A stretch of DNA of 64,000 bases from positions 4,045 through 68,044 of the forward strand of contig DAJY01000098.1 in the NCBI GenBank assembly GCA_002499015.1, given 5' to 3'. How positions within the stretch are numbered: position 1 is the first letter of the stretch; each line of letters begins with the position of its first letter. This document shows positions 19,123 through 34,133 of the stretch, in pieces. The position numbers and the translations under genes are program-made. The notes beneath the pieces were generated by a model, which was given only the letters and a program-made list of their open reading frames with translations, did not search any database and was not told where the DNA came from. This DNA comes from Euryarchaeota archaeon UBA242 (GTDB lineage: Archaea; Thermoplasmatota; Poseidoniia; Poseidoniales; Poseidoniaceae).

Positions 19123-20379
19123 TCAATTACTATTGAATGAATCAACTGCTTGATGAATTTCTTTATCAGTCATATTCCTTCTTTGACTCTTAGCAATTTC
19201 AAACAGATGAACCACTAGTTCTTCGTTTACTTCTATTCCCTTTTGTTCAAGCCACCAAATGATGTTAGAACGGCCGGCCATATGACCGATGCGAATAACT
19301 TGCTTTAATCCAAAATCAGCAGCAGGGACACCAGAATAAACCCTGTCAGCAAGCCATTGGTCGCCTTTTTTCATCGCTTTAATTACCGCTGAAGCATGAA
19401 CACCTGTTCCAGTTTCAAAAGCATCTCTCCCGAATACTGGATAATTATGTGGCAATGGAACTTCAATATACTCATTTGCTTTCTTTACATATTCATTTAG
19501 TAAAGTCAAATCATTATCAATAGCGCCCATTAACTTCAAATTGACCAGTGTTTGGTCAAGAGGAGCATTACCTGCTCTTTCTCCAACTCCCAAAGCAGTA
19601 CCATGGATTACATCTGCGCCTGCTTCAACAGCTGCAATGTTATTGGCTACTCCCAAACCTCTGTCTTGATGACCGTGCCAATTAACTTCGATTTCACTTC
19701 TCATGTATCCGGAATCTTTTATCACTTCTTCATCGATGAAATTTAGTAACTTTTTGACGCCATTAGGCGTTACATGTCCACATGTATCACATACACATAG
19801 GCGCCTTACACCCAATTCCATTGCTCTTTGATAAATCATTTTGACATCTTTCGGCTTTGACCGAGTTGTATCTTCGGTAACAAACATAACAGGAACATCA
19901 TTTTCAACTGCGAATGACACTGCTGTTTCCATCGTTGACAATAATTTTTCTATTGTCCACCCTTCTGTGAATTGACGTATTGGACTGGTTCCTAAAAATG
20001 CACTTGCTTGGATTTCGATTCCATGCTTTTGTTGTAAATCGACCAGTGGCTGAATATCACTCATCAATGTTCTAACAGCAGCACCTGGTCTTATCGAAAA
20101 ATTATTCTCAGTGATATGACTTAGCATTGCATCAATATGCTCAAGATGGAATGGACCCGCTCCAGGCAACCCGAGATCTACTTTTTGAATTCCCAACTTT
20201 TCCATATAGCCCAACAATTCAATTTTTTGTGGAATCGTCGGATTACGCGCACTTGGACTCTGCAATCCGTCTCTCAGTGTCTCATCATCAAACCAAATCC
20301 CGTGCGGGTGGTTATTTGAGTCTCGAGAAATATCATATTCGACTCTATTCCAATCAAAAATCAGTGCACGCTCATCCAT
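19123..20379 (-). CDS. leuA: 2-isopropylmalate synthase-like (LeuA/DRE-TIM) enzyme, short form without regulatory domain
   Basis: DETLRDGLQ, HGHQDRG and GVGERAGN motifs. 418 aa. Confidence 0.78.
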   Translation of the reverse strand: MDERALIFDWNRVEYDISRDSNNHPHGIWFDDETLRDGLQSPSARNPTIPQKIELLGYMEKLGIQKVDLGLPGAGPFHLEHIDAMLSHITENNFSIRPGAAVRTLMSDIQPLVDLQQKHGIEIQASAFLGTSPIRQFTEGWTIEKLLSTMETAVSFAVENDVPVMFVTEDTTRSKPKDVKMIYQRAMELGVRRLCVCDTCGHVTPNGVKKLLNFIDEEVIKDSGYMRSEIEVNWHGHQDRGLGVANNIAAVEAGADVIHGTALGVGERAGNAPLDQTLVNLKLMGAIDNDLTLLNEYVKKANEYIEVPLPHNYPVFGRDAFETGTGVHASAVIKAMKKGDQWLADRVYSGVPAADFGLKQVIRIGHMAGRSNIIWWLEQKGIEVNEELVVHLFEIAKSQRRNMTDKEIHQAVDSFNSN

Positions 20380-20484
20380 TTCAATTCACCTAATTGCCAC
20401 GACAAGACGCCGCCGCGTTCAATGACAACAACTCACTATGTTTGAAGTCGTCGCAACGAAGCGCTTACAGAAAAATCTAGGCAA

Positions 20485-25180
<4,696 letters not shown>

Positions 25181-25201
25181 TTAATCATTAATGTGCTTTT
25201 G

Positions 25202-25576
25202 TTTAGGAGTTGGCCGGGATATTAATTATCGATAATAATTGTCGTAGTTAATTCGAACTATTTTATTAATAACTCCGTATTATTCACGCCGCCTTAGCAC
25301 ATCAACTCCCTACACCATATCATCCCCCGCCTAAGGCTTGTAAAGGTAGTGCCTGACAGACATCAAATGTGCTTGAAAACGCCCTGTGTTGGCACAAAAC
25401 ACCCTCTTGCCCACTAGGCATCTTTTTGACATTCTGTTGCCAAATAAGGGCGCTTTTTGCAATATCGTACGCCACGATTAATAATTTCTTAATTAATAAT
25501 CAATTATAGGTGAATTGTTTTGCCCATTATGCAATTAGTAGTTACAATTAATTTAGGAGTTCTACCCTTTATTAAT
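25202..25576. repeat. Bipartite direct repeat TTTAGGAGTT-N8-TATTAAT (25202-25226 and 25552-25576) bounding an intergenic region with AT-rich ends
   Basis: Read directly from the sequence. The copies are 350 bp apart, with additional AACTCC at 25271 and 25304. Confidence 0.7.
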
Positions 25577-25645
25577 CTGCTAAAAATGCGTATTTGACCG
25601 CCCATTTTTGAGCGAGATTCACAAATATTCTAATTGTTTTGAAGC

Positions 25646-26479
25646 GTGAGCGTTAAGAATGGACGGCAGGTCGCTCAAATCATGGCTGACCCAAATGTGT
25701 GTGTCTCTCTTGAAGCGACCACAGTGAAAGAAGTGATGGACGAAGCGGCACGAGCGAATCTTGCTGGTGCTGATATGGTCGAGATTCGATTTGACAGATT
25801 GTACCTTATCAAGCCTCAAGCCACTATATCTGAAAATGCAGAAGGCGAGAGAGTATCCTATACACCCCCTGCTGTTGAATGGGATACACGTGAGTTCGAA
25901 TCAATTAATGTTGAAAGTTGTCTGGAATCTATCAAAGAAGGAATTCCATTACCCGTAATATTCTCATTGAGGTCAGTTCGCGAAGGTGGGTTTTTCATCG
26001 GTACTGAAGAGCAGCGCCTTGAGATTCTAGCTCAAGCAATCGCTTCTGGAATCTCATGGGTTGACCTTGAGACCAGTATTGAAGAAAAGGCTAGAGCAGG
26101 CCTCCTAGAGGCTGCTAAGGCGGCTAAGTGCCAAGTTGTTGCTTCTACACACAATAATGAATCTATGCCATCCGCTGCAGAGATTTCTGAGCTGGTACGC
26201 TCAAATAAGGACCTCGGCGACATTGTTAAGTTCTGTGGAAGAGTATCAGATCATCAAGATGCACTACAAATTATTCACGCATCACAAGAACTCGCTGATG
26301 ACAACATTCAATTCAGTTTGATGGGTTTGGGCAATGGTGGAGATTGGGCACGTATTCACGCACCAATTCTTAATCAACATATCGTTTATGCAACAATGTT
26401 AAACGAATTTAGATTAAATGAGAAGGGTTTGGTCAATGTCAATGATCTAAGAGATGCCTGGACGCTTCTCGACTACTGA
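25646..26479 (+). CDS. aroD: Type I 3-dehydroquinate dehydratase
   Basis: ADMVEIRFD, RSVREGG, WVDLE, STHN, IVKF (Schiff-base Lys) and MGLGNGG. Confidence 0.85.
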   Translation: MSVKNGRQVAQIMADPNVCVSLEATTVKEVMDEAARANLAGADMVEIRFDRLYLIKPQATISENAEGERVSYTPPAVEWDTREFESINVESCLESIKEGIPLPVIFSLRSVREGGFFIGTEEQRLEILAQAIASGISWVDLETSIEEKARAGLLEAAKAAKCQVVASTHNNESMPSAAEISELVRSNKDLGDIVKFCGRVSDHQDALQIIHASQELADDNIQFSLMGLGNGGDWARIHAPILNQHIVYATMLNEFRLNEKGLVNVNDLRDAWTLLDY

Positions 26480-26515
26480 TTTGTCTCTTTCTTGGGAAAG
26501 CGAATCGATTTCACC

Positions 26516-27583
26516 CTATTGAATAGGTGGTGGAAGCAATTGTTCCGGCATAGGCGGTATTGCTTTAGTTTGAGTCTCATAAACGATTGGAGGTGGAATC
26601 TCCAGTAAAGGTACCAGTTCTTCTTGCTTTGGTGCTAATCCAGCCCCCATATATTTGCGATTAACAATTATTGGTGCTATCATCATACACCCTACAATGC
26701 CCAAGAAAGCAATAGAAACTGTCCAAGGTGGCAAAATGAATGAACGCAGCGTGGTTACTATTGACACATCTGCATTTACAATCTTATTCGGAGCCTCAGC
26801 ATCCGAGTCATGAGAGTTATCCCACGTATCAACCACTACATAGAAATCTTCCCAATTGCTACCTCCGAATAAATTATTATAGATTTCTGGAGCATCTAGA
26901 CTAACCGACATTACAACTTCATCCATATTTTCATATTCATGCGCATCCCTAAAAGTGCGCCATCCCAGAATGTCAAAACTTCTCCATTCAGGAGGGATGT
27001 TTTTGAAACTCTCTTCGACATCCCCCCACCAATCATAACTGCTATGGCTACGCGAATATGATTGCGTGTATGAGTCATATTGACTAGTAGTCATCAAGTA
27101 TACATCACCAAATGCGGGAACTATTTCATCATCGATTATATGAGTCAATGTGACACAAATAGTAGTCCTGTGGTTGCTTGAAAGATTAAGACGCAATGCA
27201 CCTACACTATCATTTCCAATTTTCATAAAAGTGCTATAATCTTCAGCAAGTGGTGTCAGTACATTATTTTGCCAATTGTTTTGATACATGTAAGGCTGTT
27301 CCGGACTTAGTGGATAATCATCTTGATTGTTGTTATCTGATTCAGGGGGTTTCATATCTCCGTCTTCATAATAATAGTCTTCTTCATAATAATAATCATT
27401 ATAAGAGTTTTGAAATGGTACTTCCGCTACTCTCTGTATTGTTTCATTCCAAACTACTGGCTGCCAATCACCTGAACATGCACTAGCGGCTTGAGCGTTA
27501 GAAATAATACCCCCTCCAGTGAATCCACTAGAAGTGAGAGGGATCAGGACCAACATTGTCACTAAAATCGTCACTATACGCAC
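26516..27583 (-). CDS. Hypothetical secreted protein with C-terminal membrane anchor
   Basis: Signal peptide, acidic/Tyr-rich segment, C-terminal TM and Pro-rich tail. Confidence 0.65.
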   Translation of the reverse strand: MRIVTILVTMLVLIPLTSSGFTGGGIISNAQAASACSGDWQPVVWNETIQRVAEVPFQNSYNDYYYEEDYYYEDGDMKPPESDNNNQDDYPLSPEQPYMYQNNWQNNVLTPLAEDYSTFMKIGNDSVGALRLNLSSNHRTTICVTLTHIIDDEIVPAFGDVYLMTTSQYDSYTQSYSRSHSSYDWWGDVEESFKNIPPEWRSFDILGWRTFRDAHEYENMDEVVMSVSLDAPEIYNNLFGGSNWEDFYVVVDTWDNSHDSDAEAPNKIVNADVSIVTTLRSFILPPWTVSIAFLGIVGCMMIAPIIVNRKYMGAGLAPKQEELVPLLEIPPPIVYETQTKAIPPMPEQLLPPPIQ

Positions 27584-27638
27584 TATTGTCTACCCCCTAC
27601 ATACATTCCAAGACATAGGGGGTTGATGGATATAACGC

Positions 27639-30600
27639 TCAACCTCTTCTTCTAAGTGGGCGGATATAACCAGAATCATCTGAACGGCGTTCTTCCTTTG
27701 AAAGTATAGATGGGGCCGGCGGAGGTGCGTGTTGATCCATGCCCAACAATCCTCCTTGCGACTCTACATGTTCTACATCATAGGTTTCAGCTGCCTTCTT
27801 TGCCTCTTCCTCTATTTCCATAGGTTCTCTCATTACAAACCAACCTAAAATCAATGCAGCTGTGATAAGGACGATGAAGGTTAACAGGTCTGAACCTGCA
27901 TCTGCTAGCCAATTCTTCCAATCCTGGACACTGAAATCGGACAAAGATGGCGGTGCTTCCCCTTCAGGAATTACTTGGACGGCATAATCCATCTCATCGC
28001 ACATGTCAAGTCCATTGCAGACCTGTAGACGAATTTGTACTAATCCTGCTTCTTGCCAACTTGCAGAGACTCTAGTTCTTGAACCTGTGAGAGGCAATAC
28101 CCAATCATCAGCAAAATCACCGTTTTCATTAGCATCAACTGCCAAGTCCAAATCCCATTGAATCAATAGTCCGGATTCAATTCTCTCGTCACGGTCACTG
28201 ATTGAACCATCTAGTACATTCAAATCCCTATAAATGATCAATTCATCACTTTCTTCACCAGTAATATTTGCACTCAACGAATTTACATCCCCTACCAATA
28301 CATCATCAGGAATGTAAATCTCTTCAATCACCGGAGGTGTGTGGATAATCACCGTATAGGATTGCCTTGAAACATCCCCTGTACCAAATGAATCTCTAAC
28401 TGTAAGCGTAACAATATATTCACCCGGAATTGAATACGAATGCCAAGGAGATGGATCGTGGTTCAATGGTGTAGCATCGCCGAAATTCCAGGTATAACTA
28501 ACGATGCCGTTCCATTCTGGAGATGATGATTCGAGTGGAATATACATCCCTTCATAGCGACGGTCTCCATCTCTTGTCCCTTCCGAATCGAAGTATAGTA
28601 AAGTCCCAGGTGCCGCAATTGAATTACCATCTTCGTCAAAAGTTCGAGACCATGATTCTACCACAGTTCCTTCGGGGAAGGATGTTTTATCGGTAATAAT
28701 TTCTCCTTCTAACCATGCATCTAGTATTTTCACACTAATGATTGGAACTGGATTAGAGATTCTAATAACCATAGTCTTTGCAATACTCTCTTGCCCACTT
28801 TCATCGGTAACAATCAGTATTACACTGTTAACTCCAGGTTCAGTAAAAGAATGAGTGACTTGTGGCCTGTCACCGAATGTACCATCAGAGAAACTCCAAT
28901 TGAATGTTAAGTCACTTGAATCACCAACTGTCCCATCGGGGTCAAAACTATTTCTTCCATCAAAGGTGTATGGGGAATCAACTTGCCCATCTGTTGCGCG
29001 GAAATCTATTAATTCAGAACCGGTTGATGCAGTTGTACGCACAAGGAAATCTGATACTGGCATTTGATTGAGAACTGTAACATAAAATTGTGCAGTAGAT
29101 GAACTTCCATCGTCATCAGTTGCTGTAAGTTGGACTGTCATTAGTCCGGGGTTATCCCATCCGACTATAGGATTGGATTGGGCACTGCTGGTAGTTGTGA
29201 AATCATCAGTTCTATCAAGCGAACCGCCATTGAGGTTAACACCATCAGGGAAACTCCAGGAATATGTCACTATTTGCCCATCAAAATCTTTGAAAACATC
29301 GGGCATTACCATTGGCGTATAGGTGTATGTAGTCATATTCTCCGACCAAATCTGAACCGGAACACGATTGTTTACAGTGACGTTAATTGATTTTATTCCG
29401 ATATTAATACCATCAGAAACACTCAATGTTAGAATATATGTTTCATTGGTAGAATTCAATGCCCCCCATTCGTGGTGAGCAGAATACATCCCGACTCCAC
29501 TTTGGCTAGTACCATCGCCCCAATTCCAGTCGAATTGGAGATTTTCTGTTGGCACATTATCTGCTGTTCTACCTGCCGAGAAGAGGATTTTTTGGTTAGT
29601 CATAATTGAAATTTCCGTTTCAATAACAACATTGTTGACTGTGATGATAGGAACGGGCTGCGTAATATCATTAACTACTATTTCATGAATATCCGTTTCC
29701 GACCAAGTTCCACCTACATCTTGAATTCTTAAAGTGGCATTGAATGATCCGACCGAGGTATAATATCGTACTGGAGATTTCAAACTTGAACTAATATTGT
29801 CACCAAAATCCCAAGCATAGGCTGTTGGTGAGTCATAATATGGTAACGAATTATTGTCCAAGGAAAGGCCCCATGCGTCAAAACCATCTCCATTGAATTG
29901 GACATTTTCCCATGTTTGTGTTTGATTTGGTGCGACACTACCATTCGCGGTAGGACGCATATTTGCTAGAGTTTGTGGCGCTGTCGTTTTGGTGTCAATC
30001 AATGTTCCAAGCATATCTCGCATCTCCAAATCAAATGTATATTGATCAGTCATTGCTGCTGTAAAGTAAAAATTACCTCCAACATCTACGCCGCCTCCAG
30101 CAGAAATTCTATTTGTTAGTGAATCTACTTCATTGCCAAATGCATCCTTAACCTTGACAGTGATATCTAAATCTTCAAAGAAAGCATTTGATAATACATT
30201 GTAATTGATGTGGGCGGTGTCTGGTGAACCATCTCCATCTCTATCGGATAGAGTCGTTGTGTTCAGTCCAATAGTAGCAGGAGAGGTTATTCTTGCTGCT
30301 TCAACATCGATGGTCCCTTGTGGATAGGAAGACCCACAAGATGTGTAATCACAATCTGCAACCGTACTTGCATACCATGTTATTGCCCATACTTCATCTG
30401 TCAAATTGCCAAATCCAGGGATAAGGCCTGTAGCAACGTTATTTTTGAAATTCAAATCGCTAACACTCCACAGTCCATCAACTGTAGATTTTGAAACTAA
30501 AACTCCATCAAATTGACTGACATCTGCTGTAAACCTCATTGTCAAAGGAGCTGGAGAGGCTGCTCCGGGAGTGAATTTATAGGAACTTATTCCCCATCCT

Positions 30601-31844
30601 TCGACGCTATTTCCTGTTGAAGACCAAGGTCCAACCCAATCTGAGTTAGTATCAGCAGGTTGTGCCCTACAGAATGAACCGGAAGCACACGCTTGTGTCA
30701 ATTGAAGATTAGGATATCCCCAAATCCCTTGATCACTATCTAATGTAGCAGCAATTGAGAAATTGGCAAATATTTCAGACATAGTCGTACCAATTTTACC
30801 TGATTGGCCGGATTGAGGAGAGAGTGCCAGGTTGACAACTCCTTGCCCGCCTGTTGCACTATCCTGTACTAATTGCCTAACAGCCGGACCTCCGCCTAAG
30901 TGTTCAGCCAAATACATAGTGAACATATATCCTGCACCATAATCTGCAATTCTTTGATTCCACCATCGAACACTTAGTTCTGGACTTGTAGTCCAAGCAT
31001 TAACGTGCCCTACAAGAGTTGAATCTGCACCAAAACAAAGATAGATTGCTACATCTGCATTTCCTTCATCTATCCACAGATTCTCATACGGGTCTAGCGC
31101 ATTATGTAATAGATGTTCTAACTCGTGAGCAAGAATTGATTTACCCCAAGTTAATGTTATATCTGCATAATCAACAAAGACGGCTTCTCTCGAAACTGCA
31201 AATGAAGGAGAGAAATAGCCACCGATATTGTATGCCCCATCGATATCATAAATTACGATTTGAACTTGACAATTATTATCTTTATCAGGAGGGGCTAAAC
31301 CTCTGCCGTCCTGGTAGTCCTTTCCATAGTAAGTAGTCATTGTTGGATAGATTGTTTGATCCCATGTTTGTGCAAGATTGTTTAGAACGGTGGATGAAAG
31401 TGTTCTTCCCGATTGCACTAGGAATGCTACTGAAACAGTTGTTTTTGCCACATAAGTGTCAACCGAACCACCAGATGTTGGAACGGTCAGTGTATCTCCG
31501 ACCACATGTGGCGAACAAGCTCTTGCTGAAGCACGACCACTCGTAGATGGCTGCATTAACATTTCATCTACGCCCGGCATACCGGCTTCAACCCACTTTA
31601 ATTTCATGAATGATGAGGCCGAGACAACAATCTGGTCCTCTTCAATAAACAAATATTCTCTTCCATCTTGTGCATCAAATTCAGAAATATCGCCAATTAT
31701 CACTCCTCCGGCATCATATGGCACTACTTCGTACCTATCTGATTCGTCGGACTGCGCCGCTACAGCCATCAATAATGGAGACATGCTAGCAATGAGCAAT
31801 ACTGTTACGAATATGAAAGCTGGACTGGTGCGTAGTTCCGACAT
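27639..31844 (-). CDS. Large cell-surface zinc metallopeptidase (HExxH gluzincin) with multiple PKD domains
   Basis: Signal peptide, AHELEH...WIDEG, repeated PKD motifs (YAWDFGD, FDWNWGDG, FNWSFSDG, YTWNFGD) and a C-terminal TM. Confidence 0.85.
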   Translation of the reverse strand: MSELRTSPAFIFVTVLLIASMSPLLMAVAAQSDESDRYEVVPYDAGGVIIGDISEFDAQDGREYLFIEEDQIVVSASSFMKLKWVEAGMPGVDEMLMQPSTSGRASARACSPHVVGDTLTVPTSGGSVDTYVAKTTVSVAFLVQSGRTLSSTVLNNLAQTWDQTIYPTMTTYYGKDYQDGRGLAPPDKDNNCQVQIVIYDIDGAYNIGGYFSPSFAVSREAVFVDYADITLTWGKSILAHELEHLLHNALDPYENLWIDEGNADVAIYLCFGADSTLVGHVNAWTTSPELSVRWWNQRIADYGAGYMFTMYLAEHLGGGPAVRQLVQDSATGGQGVVNLALSPQSGQSGKIGTTMSEIFANFSIAATLDSDQGIWGYPNLQLTQACASGSFCRAQPADTNSDWVGPWSSTGNSVEGWGISSYKFTPGAASPAPLTMRFTADVSQFDGVLVSKSTVDGLWSVSDLNFKNNVATGLIPGFGNLTDEVWAITWYASTVADCDYTSCGSSYPQGTIDVEAARITSPATIGLNTTTLSDRDGDGSPDTAHINYNVLSNAFFEDLDITVKVKDAFGNEVDSLTNRISAGGGVDVGGNFYFTAAMTDQYTFDLEMRDMLGTLIDTKTTAPQTLANMRPTANGSVAPNQTQTWENVQFNGDGFDAWGLSLDNNSLPYYDSPTAYAWDFGDNISSSLKSPVRYYTSVGSFNATLRIQDVGGTWSETDIHEIVVNDITQPVPIITVNNVVIETEISIMTNQKILFSAGRTADNVPTENLQFDWNWGDGTSQSGVGMYSAHHEWGALNSTNETYILTLSVSDGINIGIKSINVTVNNRVPVQIWSENMTTYTYTPMVMPDVFKDFDGQIVTYSWSFPDGVNLNGGSLDRTDDFTTTSSAQSNPIVGWDNPGLMTVQLTATDDDGSSSTAQFYVTVLNQMPVSDFLVRTTASTGSELIDFRATDGQVDSPYTFDGRNSFDPDGTVGDSSDLTFNWSFSDGTFGDRPQVTHSFTEPGVNSVILIVTDESGQESIAKTMVIRISNPVPIISVKILDAWLEGEIITDKTSFPEGTVVESWSRTFDEDGNSIAAPGTLLYFDSEGTRDGDRRYEGMYIPLESSSPEWNGIVSYTWNFGDATPLNHDPSPWHSYSIPGEYIVTLTVRDSFGTGDVSRQSYTVIIHTPPVIEEIYIPDDVLVGDVNSLSANITGEESDELIIYRDLNVLDGSISDRDERIESGLLIQWDLDLAVDANENGDFADDWVLPLTGSRTRVSASWQEAGLVQIRLQVCNGLDMCDEMDYAVQVIPEGEAPPSLSDFSVQDWKNWLADAGSDLLTFIVLITAALILGWFVMREPMEIEEEAKKAAETYDVEHVESQGGLLGMDQHAPPPAPSILSKEERRSDDSGYIRPLRRRG

Positions 31845-31932
31845 TTAATTGACCTCAGGGAAACGCATCACTGGTTCCCAAAATCACCACTTGAAATGAA
31901 GTATTTAATACTCGGTCAATGAGGATTCAATA

Positions 31933-33168
31933 ATGCTCTTGCCACTTAACGCTAAAAGCCGCGGTCAAAAACGCCTCATAGGTGTCGTTTTTGTCTGTTT
32001 GTTGCTATCAAATGTCACATCTGCAAGTGGTAATGAAGATAATTGGATTAATTCGGTTGACATTTGCCAAAAAACAAGTGAATTACAATTTAATGGAACA
32101 TTGGCAAACCAGAGCGTTACATGGCAAACTGAACTTGGACCAAGATTACCTGGTTCGAACGCTTCATTGGCACTCAGAGAGTCAATAACTGAAAATCTTA
32201 CAACTTATGGCTGGGATGTCGAATTAAGTACCCACATTTCTCATGAAATCGAGTTAACTAATGTAATCGCAACTTGGAAACCTCAAAACCTTAGTCCAAA
32301 TGAAACCGAAGAATTGGGTCGAATCGTATTGTCTGCGCATTATGACACTAGAAATATAGCCGACAAGGATTCCAATGTCTCTCTGCAAAACACCCCTATT
32401 CTAGGAGCTAACGATGGGGCGAGCGGTGTTGCTGCTCTTATCGAGCTAGGTCGAATCATCCCTAGTATGGATTTGAATAATGAAATCATGCTACTATTTT
32501 CTGATGCTGAAGATCAAGGGAATAACTACACGCTCGGTGCTGAGGCATGGGCTGATAATCTATCTCAAGAAGAAATTAATCGAACTGAATCTTTCATTTT
32601 ATTAGACATGATAGGAGATGCTGATTTACAATTAACAAAAATTATCCCTTCAACACCAATCTTAACTGAAAATATGATGATATTGGGTCAAAAACTAGGG
32701 CTTTCTAATCAAACAGATGGTTGTAATGGTCAAAGGTCTGATGTTATGCAGTCCAATCAATCATTAACTGTGATAGATGACCATGTGCATCCATTCGCTC
32801 TTGGAATTCCTTCTCTAGACATTATCGACTTGGCATACGGTATAAACGCTACTCCTTTCGGAGGTTATTGGCATACCACACAAGATACCGCAGATAAAGT
32901 AAGTGCTGAATCGCTAGAAAGTGTTGGGAGGATTGTAGAATTGGGACTATTAACAGGGGCATGGACGTCAATTGACACCCCATTAGAACAATCAAAACAA
33001 TTAGAACAATCAGAACTATCAAATAATTCTGAGCCCGAACAACAGCAACCAATTGAAGAAGCCACCAACAAAGGTGCTGATTCTTCTAAATTATTGGCAG
33101 TTTTGTCTTTCAGTGTTCTTGCTATAAGTTTAGTTTCTTTATTTTTCCTTAAGCGCTTTGTAGAATAA
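31933..33168 (+). CDS. M28 family peptidase (glutaminyl cyclase-like), membrane anchored
   Basis: SAHYDTR, GANDGASG, DAED, LDMIGD, DDHVHPF and YWHTTQD motifs, plus a C-terminal TM. Confidence 0.87.
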   Translation: MLLPLNAKSRGQKRLIGVVFVCLLLSNVTSASGNEDNWINSVDICQKTSELQFNGTLANQSVTWQTELGPRLPGSNASLALRESITENLTTYGWDVELSTHISHEIELTNVIATWKPQNLSPNETEELGRIVLSAHYDTRNIADKDSNVSLQNTPILGANDGASGVAALIELGRIIPSMDLNNEIMLLFSDAEDQGNNYTLGAEAWADNLSQEEINRTESFILLDMIGDADLQLTKIIPSTPILTENMMILGQKLGLSNQTDGCNGQRSDVMQSNQSLTVIDDHVHPFALGIPSLDIIDLAYGINATPFGGYWHTTQDTADKVSAESLESVGRIVELGLLTGAWTSIDTPLEQSKQLEQSELSNNSEPEQQQPIEEATNKGADSSKLLAVLSFSVLAISLVSLFFLKRFVE

Positions 33169-33254
33169 AATGATCGGTTTGTTGCGCGGACTTGCCGGGA
33201 AAGGGGTAATATCCGCGCACAAGCACCTATGGTTTGAGCGGAGGAGGTGAGGGC

Positions 33255-34133
33255 GTGTCTGGCAAGAGTATGGAAGAAAGAAAGGCTGCACTGAGAGCAC
33301 GTGTCCAGAGCAAACTGCAAGCCTCGCAAGATGCTACTGAACAAAGAGCTCTAGTTTCAAGTGAAGAACTGGTTGTCAGTGTTGAAGATGTAGATGCTGC
33401 TGTGGAATTAGCGGCTGAAAAAACAAAACAACGATGGTTACGATTGGAGGAAGTTGAGAGGGGCCGATGGAGGACTATAGCTGCATCTTTGATATTATTG
33501 GGCTCATTATTGGGGATTATGAGTGGTGCTTTGATTCTACAAGGAAACCCTAGTGACATTATTTCTTCTTCATTCTTCGCATCTACTGATTCTGTAGATG
33601 TCATAGGTACTGCAATTCAAGCTGAAGAAGGTACTGAAGTTGAAAATGTAACTGTTGAATTAATTGAAATCGACACCAATACAATCCTACGTACAGTGAA
33701 AACAGATGCAAATGGCCTCTTTGTCATTGATAATGTCATATCAAAATTACATATATTGAAACTGTCCAAAGAAGGCTATAATACCATGGAATTGAAAATA
33801 ATTCCTGAAAAGGCAGGAGTCGGACCGATAACCATGTCTTATGGTGATGACACAATTACGCGAGACCACCACACAGTGGCCACTGGATGGGGTTTAGAGA
33901 ATGCTGTAGGGCTTTCGACAACAATTGGGATTCTTACGGTAATTACCGGAATAGTGGGGGTTCAAGCTGCGGTTGAAGTTAGAAGAGGTAAGTACTACAG
34001 GAGGACACAGTATTTAGCAGGAATCTCATTATTCAGTAGAGGATTAATAATATTTGGACCGGCATTAATCCTTGCTGGAATGATCACGATGGTGTTCATT
34101 AAAGAACAATTTGATGATAACCAGGAGGAATGA
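33255..34133 (+). CDS. Membrane protein with carboxypeptidase-regulatory-like (Cna B-type) domain
   Basis: KTDANGLFVIDNV...LKLSKEGY flanked by TM helices. GGAGGTGA RBS precedes GTG 33255. Confidence 0.7.
   Translation: MSGKSMEERKAALRARVQSKLQASQDATEQRALVSSEELVVSVEDVDAAVELAAEKTKQRWLRLEEVERGRWRTIAASLILLGSLLGIMSGALILQGNPSDIISSSFFASTDSVDVIGTAIQAEEGTEVENVTVELIEIDTNTILRTVKTDANGLFVIDNVISKLHILKLSKEGYNTMELKIIPEKAGVGPITMSYGDDTITRDHHTVATGWGLENAVGLSTTIGILTVITGIVGVQAAVEVRRGKYYRRTQYLAGISLFSRGLIIFGPALILAGMITMVFIKEQFDDNQEE

Noticed and set aside
27363..27398. 18-bp tandem repeat
   Set aside because: It encodes the low-complexity DYYYEEDYYYED within a CDS.
32983..33018. 18-bp tandem repeat TTAGAACAATCA(A/G)AAC(A/T)A
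   Set aside because: An in-frame duplication in a peptidase linker (LEQSKQLEQSEL). Two copies with no spacers, so not CRISPR.
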